Assembly: GCA_024679065.1 (NCBI GenBank)
Contig: JAGIQG010000011.1
Span: 71,858,001-71,922,000 of the forward strand
DNA length: 64,000 nucleotides
DNA from: Sphyrna mokarran
Taxonomy: Eukaryota
Direction: 5' to 3'
Part shown: positions 12,753-25,765 of the stretch, in pieces
Layout: every line of letters begins with the position of its first letter
Numbering within the stretch: position 1 is the first letter of the stretch
Notes under the pieces: model-generated
What the model was told of the DNA's origin: nothing
Database searches by the model: none
What the model saw: the letters and a program-made list of their open reading frames with translations, nothing else
Made by a program: the position numbers and the translations under genes

Positions 12753-14304
12753 AATGTATTGCCCCTCCCCTTCAAGAGTTGGCACGCTCACCCACTTGAG
12801 GCCTTCCTTCCATTGTCTCCATGAATCAGTTACCTTTCAGGGACTCTGCACAGCAATCACTAGGTCACAAAGTCAGTCCCTAAACACTTTGTGGTACTCA
12901 ACCAAGGGAACGATATCTTCAAATTAGACTGACATATGCATCCATAAAGAGCTTAAAAGTCTTCCGGTCACAAAGTTCTCTATTTCTGGTAGGCTCCACA
13001 GATTTGCCTGTGTGCAATATCTGTGTTCATCTAATTAAAGGGACTAGATTACAACTTTGCGAAAATAGTATTTTACTGTTGCCACTCATTCAATTTCTAC
13101 AGCGCATTACATTCCCGGGCTGCTTTGGGGACTTGGCCATTATTTTCAATACTTGCACATTTGTACAAATGATACACTGGGGAGATGGTTTCCGGGTGAT
13201 ATAAATTTACTAGATTAAAAGAAAACGGATGCCAGGTCAGAGCTTGCAACCCAATACTTTTAAAAGTAAACTTTCAATTGTTTTGGAGAAGAAAATAAGA
13301 ATAATCTCCTTCTAAAAAAATTAAAACTATGAATTAAAATCCAATATATTTCAAGCTATTTAATCGCAAAGAAAAATGTTATACCTTTTTATATATACAT
13401 GCCGATATAGGATCAAATATCTTCTTTTGTGTGACTGCGCTTACGTGACTACAATTGATAAGGTGCAGTATGATTGATATTACAGAACCCTCAAAATCAG
13501 GTTTTTGGGAACATTCCAAAGCAAATTATTCCATATCAGTCTTTTTCATTCCCTTCCCTGGAAATATTCCTTACTGGACGTAAGGAGAATATGGAAAATC
13601 ATTCTGAACAGTTTCTGTGCTTTGAGCTGTGTGGAAGTTCATGAAGTGTATTAATCGTTAGATGGGAAAGAGTATTGTTATGTGGTCAAGCCAACCTTCT
13701 CCCTCAGAAGCTGAAAGATCAGAGAAAATACTATCCAGGTGAGGCTCAGGCTCCTTTTCAGGCTCATCTGAGTTTTGATTCAAATGGAAATGAGAGTATA
13801 AAACACATCTGTTCCCCTCCCGTGCCAGCATATTTGCCACCTGAATAGCATCCCCACCAGGTATCAACAAGACGCAGGAAATGGCTTTCCTTTTCATCCC
13901 ACCTCTCTGCAATGAGTAAATGAGTGCCCAACAAGACGGCCCAGCTTCCCCATGTCTCCTCAATCTACTACTTTTTGATCAGGAGCACGAAAGACTGAAT
14001 ATGTGTGAATGCTTAGGTACCTGGGGTATGGAAAGTGGTAATTAGCCCAGCAGGATAATTGATGTGTAGATTACGCAGGAACAAATGCTTTGACTTGCTT
14101 GTTCTTCTTAACACTCCTAAACAGATTCTTCTTTTTTTATTAATGAACACTTACCTCCCTGGTTAAACTGATAAGAAACCATGCTGTACATTAAATGGAA
14201 GGCTGCTCATCATTCTGCTCTACTGTGCTGTGTTGATGTGATCTTTTTCTCTTCTACAACCAAATGCATATTACCTTTTAACCAATTCCCACTCTCTCCC
14301 ATCC

Positions 14305-14753
14305 AAATATATACACAGATATGCACACACTCACCCATTCATATACACACACTCTCTCTCACACACATACTCTCGCATACAAACTCACAAATCTTGCATC
14401 TGTATACACACATATACACACTCACACTCTCCTGCACACAGACCTTCTCATTAATACTCTCAAATACACAGTTTTCCTTACACACACACACACACACCAT
14501 GCACACACCCTTCTCTCTTGCACACATCCTCTCTCACACATACAAACTCATCCACTCTCAAGTACACACTATCTCTTATATACACACACATGCACGCTCA
14601 CACTCCTGCACACACACTCTCACACATACTAAATCACTTTCAAATACACATCCTCTCTTACACACACTCACATGCTTTCTCTCTCTCTCCAACACACACA
14701 TCCTTACACACACAAACACACTCTTACACACACAAACACACAAACACACTCCT

Positions 14754-14788
<35 letters not shown>
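14305..14788. repeat. Degenerate CA/CT low-complexity tract ending in pure (CA)n
   Basis: Seen directly; explains the His/Thr- and Cys/Val-rich ORFs here. Confidence 0.9.
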
Positions 14789-14789
<1 letters not shown>

Positions 14790-16544
14790 TTCACCTAACT
14801 GAATTAAACTCTTGGACAAGATGGAATAGGTAGCAATTCTCAAAGCTGATTCCACTATGTGTCTTCACTTGTAGACCCTTGTGCTACAGTTACTCAACAC
14901 TGTAATTGGGAAATTCTAAAAGCTGAAGTTTTACTTTTTGCAAGGTATTCCAGCCTGGACGGGAATACAAGAAATCCAACTCCTCCAATGATCCCCGTGG
15001 AACTTTCAATCTGTTCTTTAACCAAGGAAATGGAAAGCAGCGAGGATGCAAAGTGTTAACACTGCATACAACTTATTTCAGAATGGACTCAAAAGCCAAG
15101 TTGAATTCTCATCCCTACCTTGAGAAAAATAATTGAACTGTTGCTGAGTTCATTCCATCAAAACATATCCAATAAAAAACAGTGCCACTTTTAATAATCC
15201 TTTGCCCCCACTTGGGACAGAACATTCCACTGAAATGAATGTTCTGTTTTCGATCGAGCAAGTTAGGAACATCTCCAACAAGTCAGTTAACAGCAAGAAA
15301 ATAAAGAAAGCTTTAAATACACTTTTAAAAAGACTCAGTTCAATATTGACCTGAGAAAGTATTAGATCTACACCAGTACAGTTAGTTACTTAGAGCAGTT
15401 CAGCTTCTGATAAAGCAGAGTGAGCAAAATCTGCTGTGCTCAAATGCACAAAAAAGGCTACTTGCTTCATTATTAACTAACTTGTTATTGAACCTGTCCG
15501 AGGTGGTTCCAAACAAGCTAGGTTAAATTCAATTGGTCTGCTTTCTCACATGTGTTCACAGGAGACTTGGTTCAGATAAGCTTATCAACTCTCACACCCT
15601 TGCATTTCTCACTAGAAATGATCTTTTTCTTCCAAGTAGCAGAGTTGATATAAACAATGCACGTTACCATTCTTACTCAAAGTTAGAGTACATTTTGCAA
15701 GGGGTTCAATTACTCATGCTTCCGAAAGCTTGAGGTCTGCTGGAAGTAGAACTGTTGAATGTAGGGGTAACGTTGGTGTTAAATTTGAGCTGAACAGGAA
15801 CTCCTCGTGGATCTGTTTTCTCCGTAAAAAGTCTCTCAGGCAAAATTACTTTCAAAGACTAAAGGGGAAAAGAAAACTGAGAGTGCTGCTTCAGAGTCAT
15901 TTTTACATTTTAATTGCAAGCAGTGTATTAAACAGTGGGATTCAAAAATGTTTTGAGGCCTGTGCTCTGAATTCTGCACAGGATTTTGGTCACATTTGGG
16001 AACAAGGATAAATTGATATAACATTTGGTCCAAGAAACCAAACAAAAACTTATGCTTAGTTAGTTTTTAAGTACCAGGTACATGACCAACTGCATCAAAA
16101 CAAAACACAATGAAAAGCATTACAACCAAGAATTATTTCTAAAATAATTGAATGAAGCCAATATAAGAGTGTCTCATGGAGATTTATACTCAAATCCAAT
16201 AGTTATCAAACGTGGTCACGTACCACCACCAACTACAACTCCTCTGGTAAAGGTTTAACAGGACCAAAATGGACTTGTGAGTAAAATGCCTAATTAGTTC
16301 AGTATAGACCTTCAGCTATGCCATGAACACAGATGGTTCAGTTATTCATTCATGGTCTAGAAAGCATCAGTTGTAAAGCATTTCATGAATGATATTAGGA
16401 CAGAGGCTCACTTTTATGGAAGGTAGTACTGAAGGAATCAACCATAGCAAGTTTGGAGGAACTTAGTAGAATGAACTTGATCACAAAGGATCAAATCTGT
16501 GAGAATGCCCTGGATATATCACAATGCTAAGCATCTCTAATCTT

Positions 16545-16700
16545 TTATTTTTCAATTCATGGGACATGGACTTCACTGGCTGGCCAGCATTTATTGCCCA
16601 TCCCTAGTTGCCCTTGGAGGGCAGTTGAGAGTCCACAACATTGCTGTGGCTCTGGAATCACATATAGGCCCGACCAGGTAAGGATGGCAGATTTCTGACA
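16545..16700 (-). mobile_element. LINE 3' tail fragment (same family as 9395-9815)
   Basis: ggccagcatttattgcccatccctagttgcccttg is the reverse complement of the tail at about 9745-9785. Confidence 0.7.
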
Positions 16701-18696
16701 ATATTTTCATGGTCAATTGAGCATAGCTAACAGAAGTTTCAATCTTCCCTGATTGGTAATGCAAGTGTTAATTCCTTCACTGATTAGCATTGTTTCGTTG
16801 ACCTAAAGTATATGAAGTATTTGGATAAAACTGATAGTAACCTCAGAATATTTCAGATTTTCCCAACACGCCATTACTGTAAGGCTAATGTCACATTTTA
16901 TATACCACATCCCTCTGTGCACACCCTCGTCATACCACTACCCGCCCCCCCAATCACTTAAGAGAAAGACAGCATTTTATTAAGGTGGCTAAATATGTCT
17001 TGGACTAGGTACATCAGCAGCAAGACGTTATTCACCTACTCATCACATAAGAAGCAAGCAAACAATTGCTGAAGCTAATTTCTTAATTAGCTGTGCTCTG
17101 GCAGTAATGATTGTAGATTGTGTCAACTAAAATCTGTTTGGTTTCTGTAAATTGGAGTCCGACAAGCATCCCGTTCTGTCTAAAACCTGATAACTCTCAC
17201 CCCCCCTGTCTTTTGTTTTTCCTTCCAGCCTTCTTCCTGTCGCCATCTCAGTATTTAATCTGACACCGTCAGGCAGCTAGAATGTTTTATTCTTCCTCTC
17301 CCCCTCAAAGAGGGAAAAAGGAAAAACAAAACATTTACGTGGGTACAGGAGAGCTGGCTGCTTCTTTCAACACAGGAAACCAAGAGAAACCTAGTGGCGA
17401 CTTACAAATGAGGAGAGCTCTTTCTCAACAGCTAATCAAGGCTGTGCTTTTAAATACATGAAATGATAGCTCTTAAAGTTCACCATAGTTTCTTTATCAA
17501 TGCCGTCATCCATTCAACACTGCATCTCTGTAGGCCTTAATCTCAGCAGACATAACTGCTGCATACCCCTATCACCTATCCATGAAATTAGATGGCATCA
17601 CTTTTTTTTTCCAAAAGTATTTTGCTACTTTCTTCAATTACTCTTAATTACTTTTGATGTTTAGAACAAAACTACAAGCTTGGTTTATTTTCTAAAAGGA
17701 AAAGAGGTATGGTACATATTGAATTTTAAAATGTTATGTATAAAAAAAAATTCAGCTTGTGTAGGCAACGGGCGGGTTGCTTGTCTTGGTATCTCCATAA
17801 TCCTTTTATGCAAACAAATCCGTGGCTTTTATAACCTGCCCTTGATCGTAAAATAAAACCCAACATCACACAGAAAGTAACAGGAAAGAAGCCAATTATG
17901 TCCTTCATCTATTGAGGAAAAGGGGATCCGAGCAAGATGTGCTGACGCTCTTTGGTGTGTCTCAAAATTCAAAATACGAATCAATGAAAAAAAAATAAAA
18001 GCTTCAAAGAAAAGAAACGCCACATTGAAAGTGAATGTTGGGATTTCAGTAGCACACATCAAGAGTACCTACATTTACAGTTAAAAGGGAAAAAAATGGA
18101 GTCAAATGTAGATACCCAGATTTGTTTCTGGCTTGGTTTCAGAATTTTGCAGACTGGTTTCAAATGCAAGAGCCTGAAGACTGAAATATCTTGTCAGATG
18201 CTATCCCACTCCCGAAACTCCCTTCTGCCACCCATCCAGCCATAGCAGGAGTTAATGCCCAGGCCAAAGCCTTGAAAAGAAGGGCCTCACCAACTAAACA
18301 AAAGAGTCTACGTAAAACCTATGACTAATTAGCAAAAAATAAGGGGGGAAATCTAATTCAGAAAGAGATTTTTTTTTTGTCCTCATGCGACCAGCAAGCT
18401 GTTTTCATTTCCTGTCAGAAACCCTTGAACACTAAGAAGTTACCTGACTCAGCTTCTTGTCGAAATCAAATTCAGTTGGAGATAACAGCTAATCATTTGT
18501 CACCGTGAAGCAATTCCCTGAAATCTGAGGGAAAACCCACAGCTGCAATCTGCAGTCCTGTCAGATCAGAAGAAATTACATTCTGTGGTGACTAACCTCT
18601 GCTCTCCGAGCACTAACAACAGCAGTTGACTCTATCAAAACAGAATATTATGAACCTGTAGCACTTTGAACCACGGTGAGGCAGCTCATTCCAAAT

Positions 18697-18697
<1 letters not shown>

Positions 18698-18730
<33 letters not shown>
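18698..18730. repeat. (TC)n microsatellite
   Basis: Seen directly. Confidence 0.9.
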
Positions 18731-20459
18731 CTCCACACCACCTCCACCACACCCCCACAACTACTCTCACACACACACAACTGAAGACCTATAGTCACAT
18801 ACCGTGGCCTAGCCTCAGCCTCAATTTTCGCCACCAAGTGCAGTTTGTTGCATTTTGTATCTACATAGTTATGCGCACATAATTTACGTACCAACTGAAA
18901 AGCATTTGTCAGCTGAAGTCATGCATTTGCCATCTAGAACATTTAGTGTGAAAAGAGGAGGTAGCACTCCGAGTCGGGAACAGTTTTGTTTTATACATGC
19001 AACACTGAATCTGGGAATACAGCCATATCACATTTTCCATACTTAATTTCTTTATTCTCGGCCTCGAAGACAGCGTGATTCTGTTTGCAGCATCGGCTGA
19101 GAAAGTACAATATTGCTAGTGTTTAAAACTGGGTTAGCAATGAATTTTGTTGTGTCAGTAATTCATTAAGTCAGTGTCATCTACTTCACTAGTAATCACA
19201 TGTAAGTAATATAAAATATTTAACCTACTATCGTAAGAAGGGACTTTTGTCATGTCACTACAATTATAAAATGTTTTAAACAATGTCCAGGATGGAGTAA
19301 TTAGCTTTCTGTGGAACGTTAGCAAGTATAATACATGCCTGCAGCTTCTAAGTAAAACATACATCTAACATGCATATTTCGGGTGGGGAACAGATGAATG
19401 CTACTTATAGCTAACAGGACATACATTTGTGTCACAGGATATACAGAATGATAAGGATTGATTAGCCTGCTTTGTTTTTATGCTGTTTCATATACTTATA
19501 CCAGTTTAATTCTTTGACTTAACGTTGTGGTAATACAAATACTTATCAAAGGTGAAATGGCAATAAAGCAGAGGGACTATTTCTAATCCTGTGCCTTCAC
19601 ACGGTTCAGAACACTGGCAAATTCAACTAAATGTGATAATCAACTATTCTCTCGATGGAAGCAGTTACGACTGTGCTATTATTGAGCTTCCCCTCATCAA
19701 AACTTCTTTTAATGGCATTTTTTTCCCTGACATAGAACATGAAAATTCAGCCCATTTTCAGGAACAAAAGGCAAGTTCCTCTCAAACACAAACTGCAGTC
19801 CTCCTGCCGTCAGGTCATTTCGGGGAACCCGGATATTAATCCCTCAAATCGGCCATCACACTTCTTGTTTGCACCTGATCTGGATTACTTGGGAGACTCC
19901 ACAAACATTTTCAGAGCATTTTTCCAAAGCAGAAGAAAATCACTCACTCTTCTGAAATTTAAGCAGCCGATGCTAAGGAAGATTTCCCAGGAGTAGTCAG
20001 ATTTTCTCAGGTTTAACTAAATAATTTATGCATTCTTTCAGTTTGGCAACGTGAAGCGATTCTTGCCTTTACAAACCACAACTCCTCAAGAGGCAGAAAA
20101 GAGACTTGTTCCTGCTTAGCTGAATAACTTAAAACAGCCAAGGTGGAAGAGCTCTGTACATTTTTTCCTTTTTTGACCAACCAGGATAGAAAATGTCAGT
20201 GCCAAAAATGCTGAGTGGAGCATAAATCTACTCCCCCTTGAAGATTTCTTTGTCACTTGGAAGCACATAGGGTGTGAAGAATGGATAAAGATGGTGCACT
20301 GTGTTGATGCCTCTCCTGTCCCTATGTCAGGATTTCAGTCATTGCCAAAGAGATAATTTGCTTTCCCTTTTGCACATTCATGGTGAAAAATACCTCTGAG
20401 ATAAGATGGTGGAACTGAGGCGGGAGCCCCCGCAGTGGACAAGCAGGACACCTTCCACC

Positions 20460-20619
20460 TTGAACACTTACAAGACCAAGAAAATGGGCATACAACTGTT
20501 TTGCCCATTAGCCTCCAGCTAGGTAAAAATCAGAAAAACCGTATTTATTACCAGAGGACTGTAAAACAAAATGCAGGCCATAAGAGAAGAAAAAAGTACC
20601 AAGTAGGAAACTGAGTAAT
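20460..20619 (+). repeat. Direct repeat, copy 1 (160 bp)
   Basis: Identical to 21263-21421 except for one extra A (accaagtagg vs accagtagg). Confidence 0.95.
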
Positions 20620-21262
20620 AAATACCACTTCACCCACCAAAAAACACTCTCTCATGTAGTGACTGTACAAATCGAAGTGGTTTGACATCTCAATCAAATG
20701 GGTTCTCTCCAAGTGAGTGTGATACTATTGATCTTCTAAAAGACTTACAGACTTATGGTGTTCCTATCCCTGTGATATGGCAAGTTCAAATGAGCTGGAC
20801 TATTCTCAGGCTGGCTCAATACTGATGAAACATCCCACCTTCAATTCATCTTTCCTGTAAGATGACAAATTTCCCTTGTTCCAAAAGAAATCTGAACCCA
20901 AATCTGGAGTTGAGCCCAGCTTTCTTGTGTACTATTTGTCGTTGATACAGCAGTTGCAAAATTTCACATCTGGCTCCACATTTCTTTAGTTGGGTACAGT
21001 TCAAATTCAAGTGAAGCAAATTAGACATCTGAGTAAAAGCTGACTGGTCCTTGTCAAATTTAAAGTCAATGCATGTCACCATGGACATATCTTTGGGATA
21101 TTTCAGCAGCAGGTACCTTTAGAGACTGCAAGCTGCAATCAACACTGTACAGGCATCAGAGTTCACAATCTTGACACATGGCAAACCAGAATGATCATTC
21201 CAAAGTGATATGACATTACATCACAGTCAGGATCAAAGATTGAAAGATCTTAATCAAGATTT

Positions 21263-21421
21263 TTGAACACTTACAAGACCAAGAAAATGGGCATACAACT
21301 GTTTTGCCCATTAGCCTCCAGCTAGGTAAAAATCAGAAAAACCGTATTTATTACCAGAGGACTGTAAAACAAAATGCAGGCCATAAGAGAAGAAAAAAGT
21401 ACCAGTAGGAAACTGAGTAAT
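21263..21421 (+). repeat. Direct repeat, copy 2 (159 bp)
   Basis: See copy 1; 643 bp of unique sequence lie between the copies. Confidence 0.95.
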
Positions 21422-21479
21422 CCATGATTCAATGGAAACATGAAATATGGTAGCCGTGTCCATTTAATTGTGAGTCAGT

Positions 21480-22137
21480 CTCCCAATGGAGGGAGAACCT
21501 TCCCTGATTAAATCAGAAAGTGGAAGAGGCTCACGCAAGAATCGTGGCCATTGGTAGCAGGATGTCAATTAGGCCCATCAATGAGCCAAGTGCATCCATT
21601 ATCTCTCAGACCACTGCCTGTTAGTGGTACCACAGGGATTAATGGGAGCTGCACAGCTTCCGTGTGCCCTGGAAGGCCACCTAACAAACCCTACTGGGTA
21701 TGTCAGCGGCTCCTAGGAGAGACAAAAGGATGAGTGGTTACCGAGCACTTTGTACATGATCCTGAGATCTGGTGTCAGAAAGGGGAGGATTTGCTAATTT
21801 CTGCCTTTGCCTCTGACCCCTCTCCCAACCCCTTCACCGCTGCTGTGACTGCCACACTTTGCAACCTCCATCCTGCTTTCTCTCACTGTTGGCCTGGGCC
21901 AGCATGGGCCTCTGGTGACTGTGGTGCCATCAGTAGTTACCACTCTCTATGACAATGACAAGCTATTTGCTTCTGATTGGTGGGATCTCCCTTTAAGTAC
22001 CTCAATTGTGGGAAACGCTTGATGATGGCTATTTAAGAACATGAAGGACACTTGATTCCACCGGCCTCTCCCATGTAAACAACGAGGGGCTTCCTGCCAA
22101 TTCTGATCAGAGGAGATGGTCCATTATCAAAATCTAG
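21480..22137. mobile_element. Degraded Harbinger-derived non-autonomous element
   Basis: GC-richer block ending in aaaatctagac (TIR-like); internal similarity to 7453-7728 and 8700-9075. Confidence 0.4.
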
Positions 22138-22147
22138 ACGATAAAAA

Positions 22148-22368
22148 ATTACAACACTGAAGAAGGCTATTCAGCCCCTCTTTTTCTTGTGTATAATGGT
22201 TAATGGTAACCTGCTTAACCTAACATATCTTTGGAGTGAGAGAGGAAACCTGAATACCTTGCATACATGGAGAGAACGTGAAAACTCCGCATAGTCACCC
22301 AAGGTTGGAATTGAGCACAGGTCGCTGGCACTGTGAAGCAGCACTGCTAACCACTTTGCCACCGTGCC
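22148..22368 (-). mobile_element. HE1-type tRNA-derived V-SINE, internally deleted
   Basis: Minus strand ggcacggtggcaaagtggttagcagtgctgcttcacagtgccag head, V-core and remnant of the CR1-like tail. Confidence 0.85.
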
Positions 22369-22769
22369 GGTCCTAAACCAACAAGATTACTTTTGTTGGA
22401 AGACACCAGTAGGAGCTTGTGTGATTGGCACTGGCTGCACACAGCGTATCAACAGAAGGATCATCTTTGCAATCACCTCAGATAAAACTATACTACGTTA
22501 AATGGGATAACATCAGTCATCAGATAAGATCATTGTGCACACTTTTGTAACTAAACTTATTTTTATTAAGTATTACTTGTCCAGTGGCATCTCATGTCAT
22601 TCAAACTCTGGATATCTACATTGGTAAATGAACAGCCTAGTTCAGAGGCCAACAATCTCTACATATCAGTATTGACTAAGTTATCTTGAATCAGCTGACA
22701 CATTAGTGGAGCACAGCAACTGGCCACTGCATTTGTTTTCTGAAAAGAGCCAAAACTAATTGCGGCTTC

Positions 22770-22960
22770 TGCTCCTTACTACTATCCAGTGACTTATATC
22801 TGCGAGGGCGTATGCGCGAATGTCATGTGAGACAAATATGGGTGTGATTCTCTCATCTTCGAATAGCCGCTTACCCTGTTGGAGCCACTGTTGACCTGCC
22901 TGGTCCCTATCTTCCAGATGCTCTAAAAATATTCCAGGAATGCCTGAACTATTTGACTTT
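22770..22960 (-). mobile_element. Probable RTE-type LINE C-terminal fragment
   Basis: ORF text LKSNSSGIP...LEDRDQAGQQWLQQGKRLFEDERI weakly resembles the RTE C-terminal 'LK..GI...WE.LA.DR..W...G...FE..R' pattern. Confidence 0.4.
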
Positions 22961-23115
22961 AAAGACATGCTGGTTAGGTGCAGTGGCCATGCTAAATTCC
23001 CCCTCAGTATACCCGAACGGGCACCAGAATACAGCAGCCCGGGGGATTTTCACAGTGGCTTCACTGCAATGGTAACGTAAGCCTACTTGTGACATTAATA
23101 AATGAATTTAAACTT
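22961..23115 (+). mobile_element. SINE with alternative tail (type B), 5'-truncated
   Basis: V-core end (ggttagg...ggccatgctaaatt) joined to ggattttcacagt...gtaagcctacttgtgacattaataaa tail. Confidence 0.8.
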
Positions 23116-23334
23116 CATATGTTGGCAATACAACAGCCAATTAAGAGGGGGGAACAGGACAATATGACAAGGAGAAGAACTGGACCTAGTTTTTACCTTG
23201 AATTTGCATTGTAAATTCAAACCTATATTGAGATCGGGGCAGCATGGTGGGGGGATTACCTTCGATCATTTCAGTGTAATTCCTCAGATAAATTAATGGC
23301 AAAATTTACTGCATGGCATCATACTGAACTGCAC

Positions 23335-23462
23335 GCACTGAAAGCTCCAACTTTTATCCCTGACCTATACTGAGTTACATGGCTTCTGACTGGTTGCACT
23401 GTGGGTGCCCAACTGGCCTCATTTCAGGTAATTGAGAAAAATTAGTCAAGAGTTCTGTTGCC
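23335..23462 (+). mobile_element. Ancient SINE-like repeat fragment (family C)
   Basis: atccctgacctatactgagtta...caactggcctca...aaaaattagtcaagagttc shared with 40030-40345, 41240-41395 and 60535-60890. Confidence 0.45.
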
Positions 23463-24516
23463 CAATAAAACAACTGTTCAGTAAAATGAATCACTAATCA
23501 AAAAAGGGATGGTAAACAGAACAATATTTCTCTTTGGCCCCAGGTTGAAGTAACCTGATGCACATTCTACTCAAAGTGTGCAACAGAAGACAGATATGCT
23601 TAAACAGCAAAGTAATAAAAATCAATATCCTGGAATATTCCCCCTCCTCGTCTGTGATAACAGCATTGGTATTAAGTTTTTCACATGTTGCAACAGTGCC
23701 TATCAGTTTCCACTGTTCTTCCTACGCCAGCTATTACAGGGCCTATAACCACCTGGGGACTGCACTGGCAGCAAAGCTCATCCCACAGAGTTGACCAGAT
23801 GCCAGCTTCATTGCATCAGCGTCAATTTGTTTCAACCCAAACTGGACAAGGCCAAGGCACACAGCTCACCCCCACCCACTCTCCTTTGCAAGGACTTACA
23901 AAATACACTGCATTGTTTCAACAAAAAAAAAGCGAAAGGGTAGGTAGGCAATTCAACTTATTTTTATACTTTCTTTTGTACTGTTGTGATTATGGTTGCA
24001 GAATATTTAACCCTTGAGCTCCCACATATAATTAAGCATCCCATTTCCAAAAGGCGAAATTTTTAGCATTGCTGCATGCTCTTGTTATTCATCAGATTGG
24101 AATGACCGCCTCAGTTTAAACTGAAAAGAGAACTGGTTGTTGCCTGTAATATTAACGAGTGAATTCTTACATCTTTGCTTTTTAAAGTATTTTCTCATCG
24201 GTTTTCTTCTCTCCGGTAGATGCTTTTTCCTTTCTGGAATACGATTAGATGGTTGTCAGTTTCCTTCCCCAAATGTTTGGGTGTGAGCCTTGATGGTGCA
24301 TGCCAGTGGGCTATGCGAGGACACCACAGTCAAAGCTGATCCTATCCTCACTCTATTTCTGGGCACAGGCTCTTCCAGAGGGGGGATCCTTGATGGTGGC
24401 CAAGTTTGGGAACTGTGGCTAACTTTACCAACCTGTCCCTGGAACACTGATGTCTACTGGAGAGCCCCTATCTATTGCCTATGCTGGGATTAAATAGCTG
24501 CACAAACTGGGTCTAG

Positions 24517-24700
24517 AGCAAAAACAGAAAATACAAATACTGAGCAGATTTGATATCTGCAGAGAGAGCAAGAGAGTTATGGGTGACAGTATTTCATCAG
24601 GACTGTTCTGGTTTTTGGCAGAATTGACCAACATCTTAATTCTGTTTCTTTCTCTACTGATGCTGCTGGATCCGCTGATTATTTGCAACATTTTCTAAAT
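24517..24700. mobile_element. Inverted pair of Penelope-like family A pLTR fragments
   Basis: The left arm matches family A antisense and the right arm (tctgtttctttctctactgatgctgctggatccgctgattatttgcaacattttct) matches family A sense. Confidence 0.6.
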
Positions 24701-25019
24701 TCAATTTCCTATTTCCAGTGGAATTTTGCTTTCAAAAATCTAGGACCTTCCTAGCTTGTACAGCACAATTTGTCATTTAAATCTGCTGAGCTATCAGGGG
24801 AGTCATAATGCTTTTCCTTGTGTTAATCTTATTTAGAGACTGCTTTCATTCCATTTTGGTAATAAATGTGCTAAAAGTCAACATTATTGCACCGAGATAG
24901 CTGCTCAATTTTAACTGAATGTGGCAAATAAACCTGAAATTCTTCTTGCTGTTGTACGGAGTTTATATTAACAAGGGTGGGAAGGAAGAATGGATTTTAA
25001 TTCTTCTTGTTCCCAGTGG

Positions 25020-25220
25020 GGCCCAGTTAACTTATTGAACTCAAGTGTGATGCAGAATAATGCCAACAGTGTGGGTTCAATTCCTATACTGGCTATGATA
25101 GTTCATGCCTCCTTACCTTGCCACATGCTTGCTGCATGCTACCCTTCAAGCTATTTATAATCAATTGTCTCTCTCTAATGGAGAGAAACTCCTATAGTCC
25201 TCTGTGGACAATGGCTAATT
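25020..25220 (+). mobile_element. Short tRNA-derived SINE (separate family)
   Basis: B-box-like gtgggttcaattcct and tail tctctctctaatggagag...gtcctctgtggacaatggc. Confidence 0.5.
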
Positions 25221-25457
25221 ACTGCTCCCAATGATTGAATCTAGCATTCCCAGATTAAACTGTGTTAAATCCTCCTTTAACCCCTGGAACTGCTTCTACA
25301 TGAAGTGACTCCACAATGCACTGAGACATCTGCTACTTTGAAATCCACTCTACTTACATTACTGGATAGATCTCAGAGTAGAACCTGTCACGAGACCCCA
25401 AAGATGCACTTACACAAGACTGTATATGGCCACTATCCCAATATCCAACAGAAATTT

Positions 25458-25765
25458 GGGGCAGCATGGTGACAATGCTGACTCGCAGCGCCAGGGACCC
25501 GGGTTCAACTCCGGCCTCTGGTATCTATTTGTGTGGAGTTTGCACATTCTTCCCGTGTCAATGTGCGTTTCCTCCGTATGCTTCAATTTCCTCCCACAGT
25601 CCATAGATGTGTGGGTAAGGTTGATTGGCTGTGCTAAATTGACTCTAGTATCAGGGGGATTGTGTTGTTGTGTGGGGTTATGGGAATAGGGTGAGACTGT
25701 GGTGAATACCAACTCGCTGGGCCGACTGGCCTCCTTCTGTACTGTAGGGTTCTATGATTCTATGA
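25458..25765 (+). mobile_element. HE1-type V-SINE, near full length
   Basis: tRNA-like head (cagggacccgggttcaactccgg), V-core (tgtgtggagtttgcacattcttcccgtg) and CR1-like tail ggcctccttctgtactgtagggttctatgattctatg. Confidence 0.9.

Noticed and set aside
14181-14802. Long His/Thr-rich and Cys/Val-rich ORFs (also 6035-6595 and 54222-54840)
   Set aside because: Translations of CA/TG repeats, which lack stop codons; some also run through N gaps.
15217-15247. Perfect 11-bp hairpin acagaacattc/gaatgttctgt (a 10-bp one is at 41099-41127)
   Set aside because: Isolated short inverted repeats with no family context; too short for pre-miRNAs.
17726-17908. Minus-strand ORF starting with a signal-peptide-like MKDIIGFFPVTFCVMLGFILRSRAG
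   Set aside because: Hydrophobicity comes from T-rich sequence, the only donor (GCAG|GTTATA) is weak and no downstream exon is recognisable.
20460-21421. Interpretation of the direct repeat as a TRIM, LTR element or retrozyme
   Set aside because: No matched TG...CA termini, TSD, tRNA primer-binding site or hammerhead in the repeats.
23049-23060. ttcacagtggct, identical to the 5' part of miR-27
   Set aside because: Part of a SINE type B tail; the match stops at 12 nt and no precursor hairpin is evident.
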